NCBI GenBank assembly: GCA_017504655.1
Contig: JAFVQT010000036.1
Span: 33,062-97,061, forward strand
Direction of reading: 5' to 3'
Length of the DNA: 64,000 bases
Origin: Clostridia bacterium
GTDB lineage: Bacteria; Bacillota; Clostridia; Christensenellales; Borkfalkiaceae
How positions within the stretch are numbered: the first letter of the stretch is position 1; the number at the start of each line of letters is the position of its first letter. The position numbers and the translations under genes are program-made. The notes beneath the pieces were generated by a model. It had not been told where the DNA came from, ran no database searches, and worked only from the letters and a program-made list of their open reading frames with translations. Of this stretch, positions 63,662 through 64,000 are shown piece after piece.

Positions 63662-64000
63662 AGGCTTATATACTTCGCACACCTGCGTTTACTGTTTCAA
63701 AAACCCGACCACAATGACCAACGAGGTCTATTGTGTCCGTCTTTTTTCACGAGCCTTGGTGTGCTCGCATCTAATCCTTTATTTAAAGGCTTATATGCTT
63801 CGCAAAAGTGCGTTACTGCTTTGCGCCCCAAACCCCGATGACCACAGAGGTCTATCGTGTCTCTTGTGTCACCAAGCGAGCCTTCTTTTGCTTTTTAAAG
63901 GCTTATATACTTCGCAAAAGAGCGTTTCTGCTTTGCGCCCCAAACCCCGAAAACTCACTTGATATAGGTACGGGTGCGACAGGGGTGGAGCGTCACGCTC
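63658..64000. repeat. Degenerate tandem direct repeat with at least three units of about 112-125 bp, running to the window edge.
   Basis: Units start at 63658, 63783 and 63895. Each begins tttaaaggcttatata[c/g]cttcgca[c/a]a, and units 2 and 3 share cgtt[a/t]ctgctttgcgccccaaaccccga. Unit 1 is more diverged. The track ORF 63615..63962 overlaps this and is probably spurious. Confidence 0.6.

Noticed and set aside
63615-63962. ORF of 115 aa downstream of the antiporter.
   Set aside because: It is laid entirely over the degenerate tandem repeat units. It has no RBS and its sequence (…PNPDDHRGLSCLLCHQ…) is repeat-derived. It is most likely non-coding.
63658-64000. Possibility that the tandem repeat is a CRISPR array.
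   Set aside because: The units are about 112-125 bp with imperfect, length-variable repeats and no short identical repeat/spacer periodicity. There are no cas genes in the window.

Overview
This window looks like a low-GC Firmicutes (Clostridia-like, probably gut-associated) chromosomal segment. Nearly all genes are on the + strand, and I see three blocks. (1) Positions 1-26.6 kb hold a glycan-utilisation locus: a partial GH127-like gene, an AraC regulator, a lipoprotein solute-binding protein with two ABC permeases, five very large secreted or membrane-anchored multidomain proteins built from shared and internally duplicated modules, and a cytoplasmic GH38 alpha-mannosidase. (2) Positions 27.3-48.1 kb hold a densely packed locus that I consider the most interesting part. 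It contains a P-type Ca2+-ATPase, three tandem TerD-family proteins, a zinc-ribbon/TIR-domain protein that appears to continue by frameshift into a fourth TerD domain, and a Snf7/ESCRT-III-like protein. It also holds three AAA+ ATPases (one with an ESCRT-III-like N-terminus, two with MIT-like N-termini), a zinc-ribbon/Sel1/trypsin-like protease, a YdjI-type SPFH protein with a zinc ribbon, and a coiled-coil protein split by an in-frame TAG. It ends with a Ter-associated five-gene biosynthetic operon (HpcH-like lyase, ATP-grasp, phosphoribosyltransferase, StiP-like protein, HAD phosphatase). Two nearly identical terminator hairpins bracket the locus. (3) Positions 48.1-64 kb hold a small minus-strand membrane protein, GH112 galacto-/lacto-N-biose phosphorylase, an APC permease, a Gfo/Idh/MocA oxidoreductase, a putative clan GH-A hydrolase, a GH2 enzyme, an iron-sulfur flavoprotein, a vWA lipoprotein, MscL (minus strand), a cation:proton antiporter and a degenerate ~115-125 bp tandem repeat at the window edge. 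I found no rRNA, tRNA, CRISPR array, transposase or integrase. All functional calls come from motif recognition by eye and I ran no searches.
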